Notes under the pieces: model-generated | Database searches by the model: none | What the model saw: the letters and a program-made list of their open reading frames with translations, nothing else | What the model was told of the DNA's origin: nothing | Part shown: in pieces, positions 1 through 10,442 of the stretch | How the letters are laid out: each line of letters opens with the position of its first letter | How positions within the stretch are numbered: position 1 is the stretch's first letter | Position numbers and translations under genes: made by a program | Assembly (NCBI GenBank): GCA_043758755.1 | Contig: JAYVMW010000059.1 | Location: forward strand, 178,960 to 242,959 | DNA from: Oxalobacteraceae bacterium | Lineage (GTDB): Bacteria > Pseudomonadota > Gammaproteobacteria > Burkholderiales > Burkholderiaceae_D | DNA: 64,000 nt | Reading direction: 5' to 3'

Positions 1-1
1 G

Positions 2-841
2 TACACATACCTGCATCTGGCTCCGGACCCGGAACAGACCAAAGCGCTGATCGCTTCCGGTGCCATCTGTTTTGCCTATGAAACCATCACCGGTCCGGGC
101 GGCGGCCTGCCTTTGCTGGCACCAATGAGCGAAGTCGCCGGTCGCATGTCGATTCAGGCCGGTGCTGCGCATCTGGAAAAATCCAAAGGCGGCATGGCTC
201 TGCTGCTGGGTGGCGTGCCGGGTGTCGCGCCTGGTCACGTGGTGATTCTGGGTGCCGGTGTGGTTGGTACCAGCGCCCTGCAGGTTGCCGTTGGCATGGG
301 TGCACGGGTTACCGTGCTGGACAAAAACATCGACCGTCTGCGTCATCTGGATCTGATTTTCGGTAACCGCATTACCACGCTGTTCTCCACGGCGCAGGCC
401 GTCGAAGAATCGGTTCTGGCAGCGGACCTGGTGATTGGCGGGGTGCTCATACCGGGTGCTGCGGCGCCGAAACTGGTCACCAAGGAAATGATCAAAAAAA
501 TGAAACCGGGCGCCGTTGTTGTTGACGTGGCAATCGATCAGGGTGGCTGCTTTGAGACTTCACACGCAACCACCCACGCCGAACCAACTTATATAGTCGA
601 CAACGTCGTGCACTATTGCGTGGCGAATATGCCAGGCGCAGTGGCCCGCACCTCAACCTTTGCACTCAACAACGCCACTATCGGTCACGCTCTGGCGCTG
701 GCTGACAAGGGCTGGAAACAGGCCTGCAAAGACAATGCGCATCTGAAAAACGGTCTGAATGTCTGTCAGGGCAAGGTTACTTATGAAGCCGTGGCACGTG
801 ATCTGAACATCCAGTATGTGGCAGCAGAGAGTCTGATCTGA
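2..841 (+). CDS. ald: Alanine dehydrogenase (5' end outside window)
   Basis: Frame open from base 2: YTYLHLA, LLAPMSEVAGRMS, GAGVVG NAD motif, VDVAIDQGGCFETS, HYCVANMPGAV. Confidence 0.95.
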   Translation, partial: YTYLHLAPDPEQTKALIASGAICFAYETITGPGGGLPLLAPMSEVAGRMSIQAGAAHLEKSKGGMALLLGGVPGVAPGHVVILGAGVVGTSALQVAVGMGARVTVLDKNIDRLRHLDLIFGNRITTLFSTAQAVEESVLAADLVIGGVLIPGAAAPKLVTKEMIKKMKPGAVVVDVAIDQGGCFETSHATTHAEPTYIVDNVVHYCVANMPGAVARTSTFALNNATIGHALALADKGWKQACKDNAHLKNGLNVCQGKVTYEAVARDLNIQYVAAESLI

Positions 842-929
842 TCTTTGATGGAATGAAGTAATTACGGCGACTATAGTGTGGCGGACTGTTACAATCCGTG
901 GGTCGCCGTAATTATTTGAAGGACCAGCA

Positions 930-1160
930 ATGAGCATGACTTACGAAGAATACCTGGATGAAGTCACCACTTTGATGACAGAAATGTACGATCTGACCGA
1001 CGCGGCCGCGATCAAGTTTGTCATGCGCGCCCAGGCCGGTGATTTTTTTACCCTGCATGACGATCATCCTGACATGTGCACACCGGAGCGCGCCCAGCAG
1101 GACGCCAAAACCATCTACGAACAGCGCAACAAATCCCGCCCTGAAATTTTCAAGAAATGA
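930..1160 (+). CDS. Small hypothetical protein
   Basis: 76-aa ORF with AAGGA RBS; stop overlaps the tsaD start (ATGA). Confidence 0.7.
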   Translation: MSMTYEEYLDEVTTLMTEMYDLTDAAAIKFVMRAQAGDFFTLHDDHPDMCTPERAQQDAKTIYEQRNKSRPEIFKK

Positions 1161-2182
1161 TTGTTCTCGGTATCGAATCCTCCTGCGATGAAACAGGCCT
1201 GGCTCTGGTGGACACCGAGCGTGGCCTGCTGTCGCACGCACTGTATTCACAGATCGCCATGCATCAGGAATACGGTGGTGTAGTCCCGGAACTGGCGTCA
1301 CGCGATCATATCCGGCGCGCCCTGCCGCTGCTTGAACAGGTACTGCAGGAAGCACAGCTGAACAAGACCGATATCGATGCCATCGCCTATACCCAGGGTC
1401 CGGGTCTGGCCGGCGCGTTGCTGGTCGGTGCTTCCGTGGCCTGCGGTCTGGGACTGGCGCTGAACAAACCAATGCTGGGCATCCATCATCTGGAAGGGCA
1501 TCTGCTCTCACCACTGCTGGCATCGAAGCCACCGGCGTTTCCCTTTATTTCGCTGCTGGTTTCGGGCGGGCATACGCAGTTGATGCGGGTTGAAGGCATC
1601 GGCAAATACACGTTGCTCGGTGAAACGCTTGACGACGCTGCCGGTGAAGCATTTGACAAATCGGCCAAGCTGCTCGGGTTGTCTTATCCCGGTGGTCCGG
1701 CAATTTCAAAACTGGCCGGGCAGGGTGATCCAACGGTATATACATTGCCGCGCCCCATGCTGCATTCCAAAGATTTCAATTTCAGTTTTTCCGGCCTGAA
1801 AACTGCGGTGTTGACGGTGGTGAAAAATCATCCCGGCGAATTGACCGGGCAAGACAAGGCCAATGTGGCGCGCGCCTTTGTGGATGCGCTCGTGGATGTG
1901 ATCGTGGCCAAATGTTGCAACGCCATGCGCCATTCCGGACTAGAGCGGCTGGTGATCGCCGGAGGAGTGGGCGCTAACACCCAATTGCGCGCCGGACTCA
2001 ATGCCGCTGCCGCCAAAAAGCGTTTTGAAGTGTACTACCCTGAACTGGAATTCTGTACCGACAATGGCGCCATGATTGCCTTTGCCGGCGCCATGCGCTT
2101 AAAGGCCGATCCGGAACAGGCGCAGCGCAATTATGCGTTTACAGTGCGACCGAAATGGCCGCTCAATGAATTAGCCCGCTGA
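1157..2182 (+). CDS. tsaD: tRNA N6-threonylcarbamoyladenosine synthase TsaD
   Basis: [51 protein letters not shown]. Confidence 0.97.
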   Translation: MIVLGIESSCDETGLALVDTERGLLSHALYSQIAMHQEYGGVVPELASRDHIRRALPLLEQVLQEAQLNKTDIDAIAYTQGPGLAGALLVGASVACGLGLALNKPMLGIHHLEGHLLSPLLASKPPAFPFISLLVSGGHTQLMRVEGIGKYTLLGETLDDAAGEAFDKSAKLLGLSYPGGPAISKLAGQGDPTVYTLPRPMLHSKDFNFSFSGLKTAVLTVVKNHPGELTGQDKANVARAFVDALVDVIVAKCCNAMRHSGLERLVIAGGVGANTQLRAGLNAAAAKKRFEVYYPELEFCTDNGAMIAFAGAMRLKADPEQAQRNYAFTVRPKWPLNELAR

Positions 2183-2788
2183 TTTTTTACTGCCCAGACG
2201 GCTTTCCTTGCCCTGTACCAGATTCTTGATATTTTGGCGATGTCTGAAAATCAGCAGGGCGCTCATCACACAGGTTGCAATGACCAGCGGGCTGGACGTT
2301 CCCAGAATCAGCGCTGCATAAAACGGTGCAAACAGAGCTGCGATCAAGGCCGCCAGTGAGGAATAACGAAAGCAGAACGCCACCACCAGCCAGGTCAGCA
2401 CCGTACCTGCACCAATCCACCAGTTCAGTCCCAGCAATACGCCCGCTGCTGTGGCCACACCCTTGCCGCCAACGAATCTGAAAAACACCGGCCACAGATG
2501 TCCCAGAAAAGCCGCCAGCGCGCTCAGTGCGATAAGCTCTGGCGACAGGTTCAGCCGGTATGCCAGCCATACCGCCAGCCAGCCTTTAAACGCATCACCG
2601 AGCAGGGTCAGCACTGCTGCTGCCTTGTTACCGCTGCGCAGTACATTGGTAGCGCCCGGGTTCTTGGAACCGTAAGTGCGCGGGTCCGATAGACCGAACA
2701 ATTTGCTGACCACAACGGCAAACGATACCGAGCCGAGCAGGTAAGAAAACACAACAAACGCGATGGGAACAATGAGTGGGTTGGTCAT
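2171..2788 (-). CDS. plsY: Glycerol-3-phosphate acyltransferase PlsY
   Basis: [40 protein letters not shown]. Confidence 0.95.
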   Translation of the reverse strand: MTNPLIVPIAFVVFSYLLGSVSFAVVVSKLFGLSDPRTYGSKNPGATNVLRSGNKAAAVLTLLGDAFKGWLAVWLAYRLNLSPELIALSALAAFLGHLWPVFFRFVGGKGVATAAGVLLGLNWWIGAGTVLTWLVVAFCFRYSSLAALIAALFAPFYAALILGTSSPLVIATCVMSALLIFRHRQNIKNLVQGKESRLGSKKSAG

Positions 2789-2891
2789 GAAGTTGACTGA
2801 GAGGAAGTTGGAATGGACGGTATTTTAAGCGATTGGATGCAGAAAATGACCAATGCGGGGATTTAATTAACAGGCCAGGCTTCGGAACAGT

Positions 2892-2909
2892 GAACTCATT
2901 AATGAGTTC
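2892..2909. promoter_or_regulatory. Perfect 18-bp palindrome GAACTCATTAATGAGTTC, candidate TA operator
   Basis: Exact palindrome ~40 bp upstream of the antitoxin gene; function inferred. Confidence 0.5.
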
Positions 2910-2947
2910 TTGTGACCATTTAAACGTGCTAGTATCAGCCCATTTAA

Positions 2948-3220
2948 ATGACTGTCAAAGGTATGAATATGGAAGCACTGTTAGCCCGCGCCTCTGTAGG
3001 CATCAGTGAATTGAAACTGAATCCAACCGCTGTTTTGGAAGCATCAGGCAATATGCCTGTTGCAATTTTGAACAGAAATAAACCCGTGGGATATTTGCTG
3101 ACAGCCCAGGCGTGGGAACGGATACACAACATCCTTGAGGACAAAGAAATCTTAAAAATCATCGGGGCCAGAATGACCGATGGCAAGAAGCCGGTAAAAA
3201 TCAAGATCGATGACCTATAG
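2948..3220 (+). CDS. Type II antitoxin, Phd/YefM (StbD-like) family
   Basis: VGISELKLNP, PVAILNRNKPVGYLL; overlaps the downstream RelE-like gene. Confidence 0.85.
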   Translation: MTVKGMNMEALLARASVGISELKLNPTAVLEASGNMPVAILNRNKPVGYLLTAQAWERIHNILEDKEILKIIGARMTDGKKPVKIKIDDL

Positions 3221-3497
3221 CCTTGAATTCCATCCGGATGCTCTGAGGGAATGGAGAAAATTGGATGAATCAATCAAGCACCAATTCAAAAAGAAACTAA
3301 AAGAACGTTTGGAGCATCCAAGAGTTACCAGAGCCAGCATCAGTGGCGGCAAGGATATTTACAAAATCAAACTTGCCGCGCTCGGTTATCGTCTTGTATA
3401 TAAAGTTGTCGATAGTACCGTCACCGTCTATGTCCTGTCTGTCGGAAAGCGCGAAGACAATCTTGCCTATATCACTGCACTGATCAGAAATAATTGA
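3210..3497 (+). CDS. Type II toxin, RelE/StbE family
   Basis: YSLEFHPDALREWRKLD, YKIKL..GYRLVY, VLSVGKRE. Confidence 0.9.
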   Translation: MTYSLEFHPDALREWRKLDESIKHQFKKKLKERLEHPRVTRASISGGKDIYKIKLAALGYRLVYKVVDSTVTVYVLSVGKREDNLAYITALIRNN

Positions 3498-3524
3498 CCA
3501 GTTTGCCCCAGTTACCACCAGCTC

Positions 3525-4718
3525 TCAAATGGCTTCATTCTCCAGCCGGTACAGCGCAACCAGCAACCCCATCCCCGCCACCAAAACCACAGCCGTAATC
3601 ACCAGCGCCCCGTGATAACTGCCCGTGGCGTTGGCAATGTAGCCGGCCATTACTGGCGCGAGCATCTGTGCTACGCCATAGCTCAGCGTCAGGCGCGCCA
3701 TGGCCTTGGCCGGATTATTGGGGAAGTGTCTTCCGATCAGAGACAGCGTCAGACTGACAATGCCGACAAAGGTGCTGCCATACAGAATGGCACTGACCAC
3801 GTTCAGACTGATGTCATCGGTTGCGACCGGTAATATCACCGAAACCACCTGCAATCCGAAGGCCAGCAGCAAAGCTGGAATCTGCCCGGTTCTGGCCGCG
3901 ATCCGATCCCACAGAAATGTTGACGGCGCTGCAGCCAGACCGACCACCACCCAGACCCAGCTGCCCCGCCCTGCCAGCACCGGCAGTTTCTCAAGAATGG
4001 CAACAATGAAGGTTGCGCTGATCACATAGCCAAAGCCAGCGCAGAAATAAGAGGCAATTAACAGTGTCATCCATTTTCTGGAAGGGGCAGCCTGCACCGG
4101 ATGTGCTGCATCTGTTTTGATGTCGGCAGGTGAGGGCATCCAGAGCCAGGCCGGAATCAGGAAAACAATGCCCAATACACCCAGCGCAATCCACTGCTGA
4201 TTCCAGGATAAGTGACCAACCATGCTGCCAACGGCAATGCCTGAAACGACAATGCCCAGCCCCAGGCCGGCAAAGTGCAGACCGAGCACTGGCTTGTACT
4301 GATGACGGATCAGCCAGTTCATGATCAGACCGGATGCGATGAGCATGCCGCAGGTTGTGGTCAGGCCGGCGATGTAACGCAGAATGGCCCAGATCACGAC
4401 ATGGTCAGTCAACCCCATTGCTGCGGTACTGAACACGGCAACAAGGAGCCCAATGTGATACAGATGGTATTTCACCTTCAGTTGGTTGATGGACGAGGCC
4501 AGCAGGGCGCCAGTCATGTAACCCATGTAATTAAAGGTGGCGAGCCAGCCGCTAGCCAGATACGACAGGCCGGCCTGGTCACGCATGATGGGCAGCAGCG
4601 GCGTGTAGGCAAAGCGTGCCAGGCCAGCCGTGAGTAACAGCGAACAGACGCCTGCGATGAAAACGCGCAGCTTTTGTGCGTCGACGGCCTGCGATCTGCT
4701 TTGTTGTTGGGAATTCAT
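3525..4718 (-). CDS. MFS transporter, YbfB/YjiJ-like
   Basis: GLARFAYTPLLP..M, NYMGY.GAL, GFGYVISATF; ~12 hydrophobic segments. Confidence 0.85.
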   Translation of the reverse strand: MNSQQQSRSQAVDAQKLRVFIAGVCSLLLTAGLARFAYTPLLPIMRDQAGLSYLASGWLATFNYMGYMTGALLASSINQLKVKYHLYHIGLLVAVFSTAAMGLTDHVVIWAILRYIAGLTTTCGMLIASGLIMNWLIRHQYKPVLGLHFAGLGLGIVVSGIAVGSMVGHLSWNQQWIALGVLGIVFLIPAWLWMPSPADIKTDAAHPVQAAPSRKWMTLLIASYFCAGFGYVISATFIVAILEKLPVLAGRGSWVWVVVGLAAAPSTFLWDRIAARTGQIPALLLAFGLQVVSVILPVATDDISLNVVSAILYGSTFVGIVSLTLSLIGRHFPNNPAKAMARLTLSYGVAQMLAPVMAGYIANATGSYHGALVITAVVLVAGMGLLVALYRLENEAI

Positions 4719-4858
4719 TGTGTCTTCGGTCCGGAGTTTGGTGGATTATATAGGAGTGCGCCGATATTCCTGATTTATCACTAAGGAGTTCGCAGACTGG
4801 GCTGGCCTTGATACATATCAATTCACCCCCCGGTACCTGTGTTAACTTCTGACGGTTA

Positions 4859-5620
4859 TTGCCGGTGAATCTAACTATGCCTGATCTGCGCCACTTTACC
4901 TCATGCCTGAAATTCCCAGGGATGGCGTTGCTCGGGTTTCTGATGGCAACCCCGGCACAGGCGCTGATCTCCGTTACAACGGGAGCCGGCACGGCCACAG
5001 CGCCGGATGCACTGTGCGCCCATGGCACAAGGCAATCCCCTGTCGATATCGTTTCCACGCAAAAGAAAAACCTGCCGGCAATCCAGTTTAACTACCAGTC
5101 CGGCCCCTTAAAAATTGTCAATGACGGGCATACCGTCAGGGTTCGATTCTCCAATGGCAGCCATATCATCATCGGCAAGAAAAAATTCATTCTGCAGCAA
5201 ATGCATTTCCATTACCCATCCGGTGACCGGATTGCTGGCCATGAATTTGATCTGGCCATGCATTTCATTCATAAAAGCACTGATGGACAGCTTTTGGTCG
5301 CGGTCGTGTTATTTCAGCCAGGTCAGAGCCACGACGGGTTAAATGATCTGCTGCCCAATATGCCTGCAACGAAAAGCCGTGAACTCGATAGTGCCGCAGT
5401 GCGGGTCGATCCATCGCGCTTTATACCGGCGCAGCACGGCTATTACACCTACACCGGTTCGCTGACGGCCCCGCCATGCACAGAAGGAATCACCTGGCTG
5501 GTGTTCAGACAGCCAGTGGGACTGGCACAGGAACAGCTGAATACACTGAAAAGCTTGTTCCCCACCAACGCCAGGCCGGCTCAACCCCTGCATGGCCGGG
5601 TGATTCAGGAAAGCTTATGA
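4859..5620 (+). CDS. Exported alpha-carbonic anhydrase-like protein (start uncertain; divergent active site)
   Basis: QSPVDI, NDGHTV, HFH, MHFIH, YTGSLTAPPCTEGITW, NARPAQPLHGRVI; signal-like N-terminus. Confidence 0.85.
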   Translation: MPVNLTMPDLRHFTSCLKFPGMALLGFLMATPAQALISVTTGAGTATAPDALCAHGTRQSPVDIVSTQKKNLPAIQFNYQSGPLKIVNDGHTVRVRFSNGSHIIIGKKKFILQQMHFHYPSGDRIAGHEFDLAMHFIHKSTDGQLLVAVVLFQPGQSHDGLNDLLPNMPATKSRELDSAAVRVDPSRFIPAQHGYYTYTGSLTAPPCTEGITWLVFRQPVGLAQEQLNTLKSLFPTNARPAQPLHGRVIQESL

Positions 5621-5669
5621 AACCCGCACGATTTTTATCCACTCACCACCACTTTAGAGGATCAGAATA

Positions 5670-6872
5670 ATGAACAATGAAAGCAAGTCAGCGCAGTCGG
5701 TTCGGCGCTGCGACAATGTCAACCTGCGATTGATGCACAAACTTGTTTTGACCGGCATAACCTGTCTGGCAGTGCAGCTGAGTGCTTCGGCTGCCGACAC
5801 CGGGTCAGCACAGGGCAAACCCAAAAAGGTGGGCATCGATGTACCCGTTACCGCAGAAATGACTGGCGCCGGCATCGTGTCCAGTGGCGCGGTACTGCCA
5901 CCCATTCCTGCGGTGACCGGCAGCAGAAAGAATCCGGTTCCATCCTGGGGCAAGCCGCTGCCGTATCCGATCATAATTGCTGACCGGCGCAATAACCGGC
6001 TCATTGAAATAGCACCCGATAAACGCATCATCTGGGAATTCCCGTCACCCAACCTGAAAGTCTATCGTGGCAACGAGGATGTCAATTTCTCGCAGGATGG
6101 CACCATGCTGGCCATCAGTGAAGAAGATAATTACGATATTCATCTGGTCGATTACCAGCAGCGTCAACTGGCTTTTTCATACGGCATTCCCGATGTGCGC
6201 GGCAGCAAACCCGGTTTGATGAATTATCCGGATGACGCACATCTGCTGGCCGACGGCATCATGGCAACCGGCGATATCCGCAACTGCCGGGTATTATTTC
6301 TTGATCCCAAAACCAGCAACATTGTCACGCAGTGGGGAACCCCGGGAAAATGCGAACACAACCCGCCGACAACGCTGGGCTATCCGAACGGTGTCACACC
6401 GATGGAAAATGGCGACATGCTGATCAGCGAAATTCGTGATGCCTGGATTTCCCGCATTACCCGCGCAGGAAAAGTTGTCTGGAGCATGCGCGCACCGAAA
6501 GTGAAATATCCGTCTGATGCCTTTCCTACTGTCGATGGCAAGCAGATCATCGTGGCCGATTTTGTCAAGCCTGGGCATATCGTCATCTTTGACCCTGCCA
6601 CCCGCAAAGTGACCTGGGAATATGCGGTAACACAGGGTGACGGTGTGCTCGATCACCCGTCGCTGGCGCGTGAGCTGCCTGATACCGGCGATATTCTGGT
6701 GTCGGATGATTTGCGTGATCGGGTGGTCGTGATCGATCGTCAGACCAAGCAGATTGTCTGGCAGTATGGCGTCACCGACACCAAAGGACATACACAGGGT
6801 CTGCTGAACTACCCGGACGGATTTGATATTGATGTATTCCGTGCCTGGAAGCAGTCACTGAAAGAAAAATAA
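5670..6872 (+). CDS. Exported beta-propeller protein (NHL/PQQ-like repeats)
   Basis: Signal-like segment; repeated blades NYPDDA, GYPNGV, KYPSDA, DHPSLA, NYPDGF with IVWQYG-type ends. Confidence 0.7.
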   Translation: MNNESKSAQSVRRCDNVNLRLMHKLVLTGITCLAVQLSASAADTGSAQGKPKKVGIDVPVTAEMTGAGIVSSGAVLPPIPAVTGSRKNPVPSWGKPLPYPIIIADRRNNRLIEIAPDKRIIWEFPSPNLKVYRGNEDVNFSQDGTMLAISEEDNYDIHLVDYQQRQLAFSYGIPDVRGSKPGLMNYPDDAHLLADGIMATGDIRNCRVLFLDPKTSNIVTQWGTPGKCEHNPPTTLGYPNGVTPMENGDMLISEIRDAWISRITRAGKVVWSMRAPKVKYPSDAFPTVDGKQIIVADFVKPGHIVIFDPATRKVTWEYAVTQGDGVLDHPSLARELPDTGDILVSDDLRDRVVVIDRQTKQIVWQYGVTDTKGHTQGLLNYPDGFDIDVFRAWKQSLKEK

Positions 6873-6937
6873 TTTCCATTCGGACCTGCAGCGACTGGCT
6901 TCAAGATGGCCAGCGCTGCAGGGTTGGCGGCAGCCAT

Positions 6938-7375
6938 TTACTTTGGCAACTTCAGCATGAAGTAGGTGGCCTTGACCATCGCAATCGCTTTGCCTGACAC
7001 ATCCCGGACTTCAATTTCCCTTGCAATTTTAAATTTGCCGTGGATGCCGGTTTCGCGTTCCATTTCTTCCCATTCCTGATCTGTCACCTTAAGTTCAACG
7101 ATTAAAGGTTGGATGGCAGGTGCCAGATAGCGAATCGTCACTTCCCCGACCACCGGCACCAGATTCTGCAGGCCGAATTTGAGTACGCACATCATGCCAA
7201 ACGGGAATTCGGCCAATGAAAAAATCGCGCCGGCATAGATGCCGCCAAGATGATTTCTGTTTCCTTCCAGCGGCATTTCAACCTTGAACAGATTGGGCGA
7301 TTGCTCCAGTACCCGAATACCCATATTTTTCAAGGTATCTACGCTTCGAATCATGTGTTCGAGATTGACTGTCAT
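6938..7375 (-). CDS. Hot-dog fold thioesterase (PaaI/YiiD-C-like)
   Basis: [19 protein letters not shown] motif. Confidence 0.75.
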   Translation of the reverse strand: MTVNLEHMIRSVDTLKNMGIRVLEQSPNLFKVEMPLEGNRNHLGGIYAGAIFSLAEFPFGMMCVLKFGLQNLVPVVGEVTIRYLAPAIQPLIVELKVTDQEWEEMERETGIHGKFKIAREIEVRDVSGKAIAMVKATYFMLKLPK

Positions 7376-7632
7376 TGAGTACTTTCCTTGTTGGTCATGA
7401 GTGGGGTTTGGGTATATTAACTGAAACAGGCAGTGCGGGGACTTGCAGAAATAACATGCCTCGTGAAATAATTCACATTACATTTCCTCCAACGTATACC
7501 TATACTCAAATTGCAATCATCATTTTTTTGCCAGGCGAGCAGTCATCAAGCCCCGCGCAAAACATATCAAATTTGAATATAAAAAAAGTATCAGCCGCAC
7601 CTTGTCGTACTTCACACCAAGGGGAAATAATT

Positions 7633-9558
7633 TTGGATGCTCTTCGCAATCTGACAATTCAGAAAAAACTGATCCTCAGCATGGGCGGTTGCCTGGTGCT
7701 GTTTCTGGCCATATCCACGGTGCTGTCAGTAACCATGACCAGCAGCGGAATTCGGGGACGGGTCATCCAGACCGAGTTACCTGCGCAGGTCGGAGAAATC
7801 CGCAACGATATCCTGCGTCAGATCGGTGAGCCACTGGCCACATCGCTCGGGATTGCCAACAACACTTTCCTGCATACCTGGGAAGACGCAGGCTTGCCTG
7901 ACAGCGGTTTGCCACAATGGAAGCAGTACGCCGAACAAATCAAGAAATCCAGCAATGCCGCCATGGTGTTCTGGGTGTCGGAAGCGGCTGGCAAACACAT
8001 CAGCGAACAGGGCAACAGTCGCAGCGTCGCCAAAAGCGCGCCGGGTGACCAATGGTTTTACAACTTTCTTTCAGGTGGCAAGCTGTACACGCTCGATCTG
8101 GACAAGGACGTCGGTTCGAGCAATGTCATGTTGTTCGTGAATGTTCGTTTTCAGACCGCCGCCGGCAAGATTGGTGCAACGGGCCTCGGTCTATCGGTTG
8201 ATGCACTGGCTGATAAGATACGCAGTTACAAGCTGGGCAAATCCGGCTTCGTCTATCTGGTGCGCGCCAATGGCAGTGTGCTGATACATCGTGACGCAAC
8301 CCTGAGTGACGGAAAGCATTTTCTGAAGGACTTGCCCGGCATTAATGATGCTCTGGCCACGCAGCTGCTCAGCGGCAAAGCGTTTGGCAGCACCAGTTAT
8401 TCTCTGGCCGACGGCACCCATATCCTGGCCTCCTCGTTTGTACCCGAATTGAATCTGTATGTGATCGCCGATGTACCTGAAAATGAAGTGCTCAGTGGTG
8501 TGACCCGCAATGCCACAATTACTGCACTGGCGGCAGGCGTGATCGGCGGCGGCATAGGATTGCTGATTATTTATTTCATCAGTGGCGCCATCGCCGCTCC
8601 GGTGCGGCGCGCCGCCAGCATGCTCGACGACATAGCCCAAGGCAGTGGCGATTTGAGTCGGCACATGGTTGTTGAAAGCCGCGACGAAGTCGGATTGCTG
8701 GCGGATGCCTTCAACCTGTTCGTGGCTTCACTCAACAGGACCATCAGCCAGGTGCGCGGCAGTACCGAACTGATTGCCGCGGCCTCAACGGAAATCGCGG
8801 CGGGTAATCTGGATCTGTCGGGCCGAACCGAAAATCAGGCCTCCAATCTCGAGGAAACCGCAGCCGCCATGGAGCAGCTGACCTCAACGGTCAGGCAAAA
8901 TGCCGAAAACGCCAGTCAGGCCAATCAGCTGGTTGCCAATGCTTCCGGTTTTGCCCTCAAGGGTGGCGAGGTGGTGGGGCAGGTAGTGACGACGATGGGT
9001 TCGATCAGCGAGAGTTCGCGCAAGATTGTTGACATCATCGGTGTGATAGACGGCATTGCCTTCCAGACCAATATTCTGGCACTGAATGCTGCCGTGGAAG
9101 CCGCCAGAGCCGGTGAGCAGGGACGCGGTTTTGCGGTTGTCGCGTCAGAAGTGCGCAATCTGGCACAGCGTTCGGCATCGGCGGCCAGAGAAATTAAAGG
9201 TCTCATTGATGATTCGGTCAGCAAGGTCGATGCCGGCAGCAGACTGGTCGATAGCGCCGGGCAAACCATGCACGACATCGTCACCTCGGTCAAACAGGTC
9301 GCCGACCTGATGGGTGAAATCGCGTCGGCCAGCCGTGAGCAGAGCGAAGGCATTGGTCAGGTAAATCATGCGATTACGGAAATGGATAACGCAACACAGC
9401 AAAATGCTGCACTGGTTGAAGAGGCTGCTGCTGCGGCCGCTTCGCTGCAGGAACAGGCGGCCAATCTGGCCCGGGTAGTCAGCGTCTTCAAGCTCGACGA
9501 ACACGCAACGGCACCTGGTTCGGCCGGCACGGCGTTGGCGCGCAGATTCGTAAATTGA
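7633..9558 (+). CDS. Methyl-accepting chemotaxis protein with Cache sensor and HAMP domains
   Basis: Two TM helices; [30 protein letters not shown]; likely TTG start at 7633 after AGGGGA RBS. Confidence 0.93.
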   Translation: MDALRNLTIQKKLILSMGGCLVLFLAISTVLSVTMTSSGIRGRVIQTELPAQVGEIRNDILRQIGEPLATSLGIANNTFLHTWEDAGLPDSGLPQWKQYAEQIKKSSNAAMVFWVSEAAGKHISEQGNSRSVAKSAPGDQWFYNFLSGGKLYTLDLDKDVGSSNVMLFVNVRFQTAAGKIGATGLGLSVDALADKIRSYKLGKSGFVYLVRANGSVLIHRDATLSDGKHFLKDLPGINDALATQLLSGKAFGSTSYSLADGTHILASSFVPELNLYVIADVPENEVLSGVTRNATITALAAGVIGGGIGLLIIYFISGAIAAPVRRAASMLDDIAQGSGDLSRHMVVESRDEVGLLADAFNLFVASLNRTISQVRGSTELIAAASTEIAAGNLDLSGRTENQASNLEETAAAMEQLTSTVRQNAENASQANQLVANASGFALKGGEVVGQVVTTMGSISESSRKIVDIIGVIDGIAFQTNILALNAAVEAARAGEQGRGFAVVASEVRNLAQRSASAAREIKGLIDDSVSKVDAGSRLVDSAGQTMHDIVTSVKQVADLMGEIASASREQSEGIGQVNHAITEMDNATQQNAALVEEAAAAAASLQEQAANLARVVSVFKLDEHATAPGSAGTALARRFVN

Positions 9559-9582
9559 GACGATGTAACTTTGAAAGCGATT

Positions 9583-10440
9583 ATGAAGACAATGACGATT
9601 TCGATTGCCGCCGTGGCGATTGTGTGCGCGACACCCTGCGCATTGGCTGCTGACTGGAGCGACACTGCAATCAGCGTACGTGTCGGCAACGATTTTCGTG
9701 AGCCGTTCAACCCTGATGCTATCGGCAAAACCATTTTTGCCCTGACCCATGTCAGCGGTTACCAGTACGGAACCAATTTCTTTAACGTTGATTTACTGGA
9801 GTCCGACAGCAAAGACCCGGCCTCGTTAAATTCAAGTGCTGGTGCGCAGGAAGCCTATGTGGTGTATCGCAACACCATCGATTTCGGCAAGGTGTCCGGT
9901 GCAGATTTGAAATTTGGAGCCATCCGTTCAATCGGTGCCACCGTGGGATTTGACTGGAATACCAAAAATGATGTGGGCTACAATTCAAGAAAGCGCATGC
10001 TGGTGGCCGGTCCTACCTTGATATGGGATGTGCCTGGATTTCTTACCACCAGCCTGTTTTTGCTTGATGAAAGCAACGCGCCCAGCGGCGCATTTCCACC
10101 CATTTCAAGCGTGACCGGACGCTACACCTATAAACTCCATCCGATGCTTGGCGCAGTCTGGGGCATTCCGCTGTCGGAGCGGTTTGCCTTCGAGGGTTAC
10201 GCCGATTTCATTGCCAGCAAAGGTGCTGACGAAGTTGGGCGCGCCACCGGTGCCGAAACCAATATCGATATGCAGGTCATGGTTGATCTGGGCTCAATAT
10301 TTTCCGTTGCCAAAAATGTGTTCCGTGCCGGGCTCGAGTACCAGTACTGGAACAACAAATTTGGCAATACCGCGGCCACCACGAATAACATCGGTCAGCG
10401 CGCGCAAACGCCGATGGTGCGGCTTGAATATCACTTCTAG
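9583..10440 (+). CDS. Outer-membrane channel, Tsx-like
   Basis: Signal peptide ..ALAADWS; GYQYGTNFFNVD, YQYWNNKFG; C-terminal YHF. Confidence 0.7.
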   Translation: MKTMTISIAAVAIVCATPCALAADWSDTAISVRVGNDFREPFNPDAIGKTIFALTHVSGYQYGTNFFNVDLLESDSKDPASLNSSAGAQEAYVVYRNTIDFGKVSGADLKFGAIRSIGATVGFDWNTKNDVGYNSRKRMLVAGPTLIWDVPGFLTTSLFLLDESNAPSGAFPPISSVTGRYTYKLHPMLGAVWGIPLSERFAFEGYADFIASKGADEVGRATGAETNIDMQVMVDLGSIFSVAKNVFRAGLEYQYWNNKFGNTAATTNNIGQRAQTPMVRLEYHF

Positions 10441-10442
10441 AA

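Noticed and set aside
7375-7632. N-terminal extensions given by the ORF track for the MCP (also prpC, trpC and the TPP enzyme)
   Set aside because: They span intergenic DNA or neighbouring genes; better starts exist downstream
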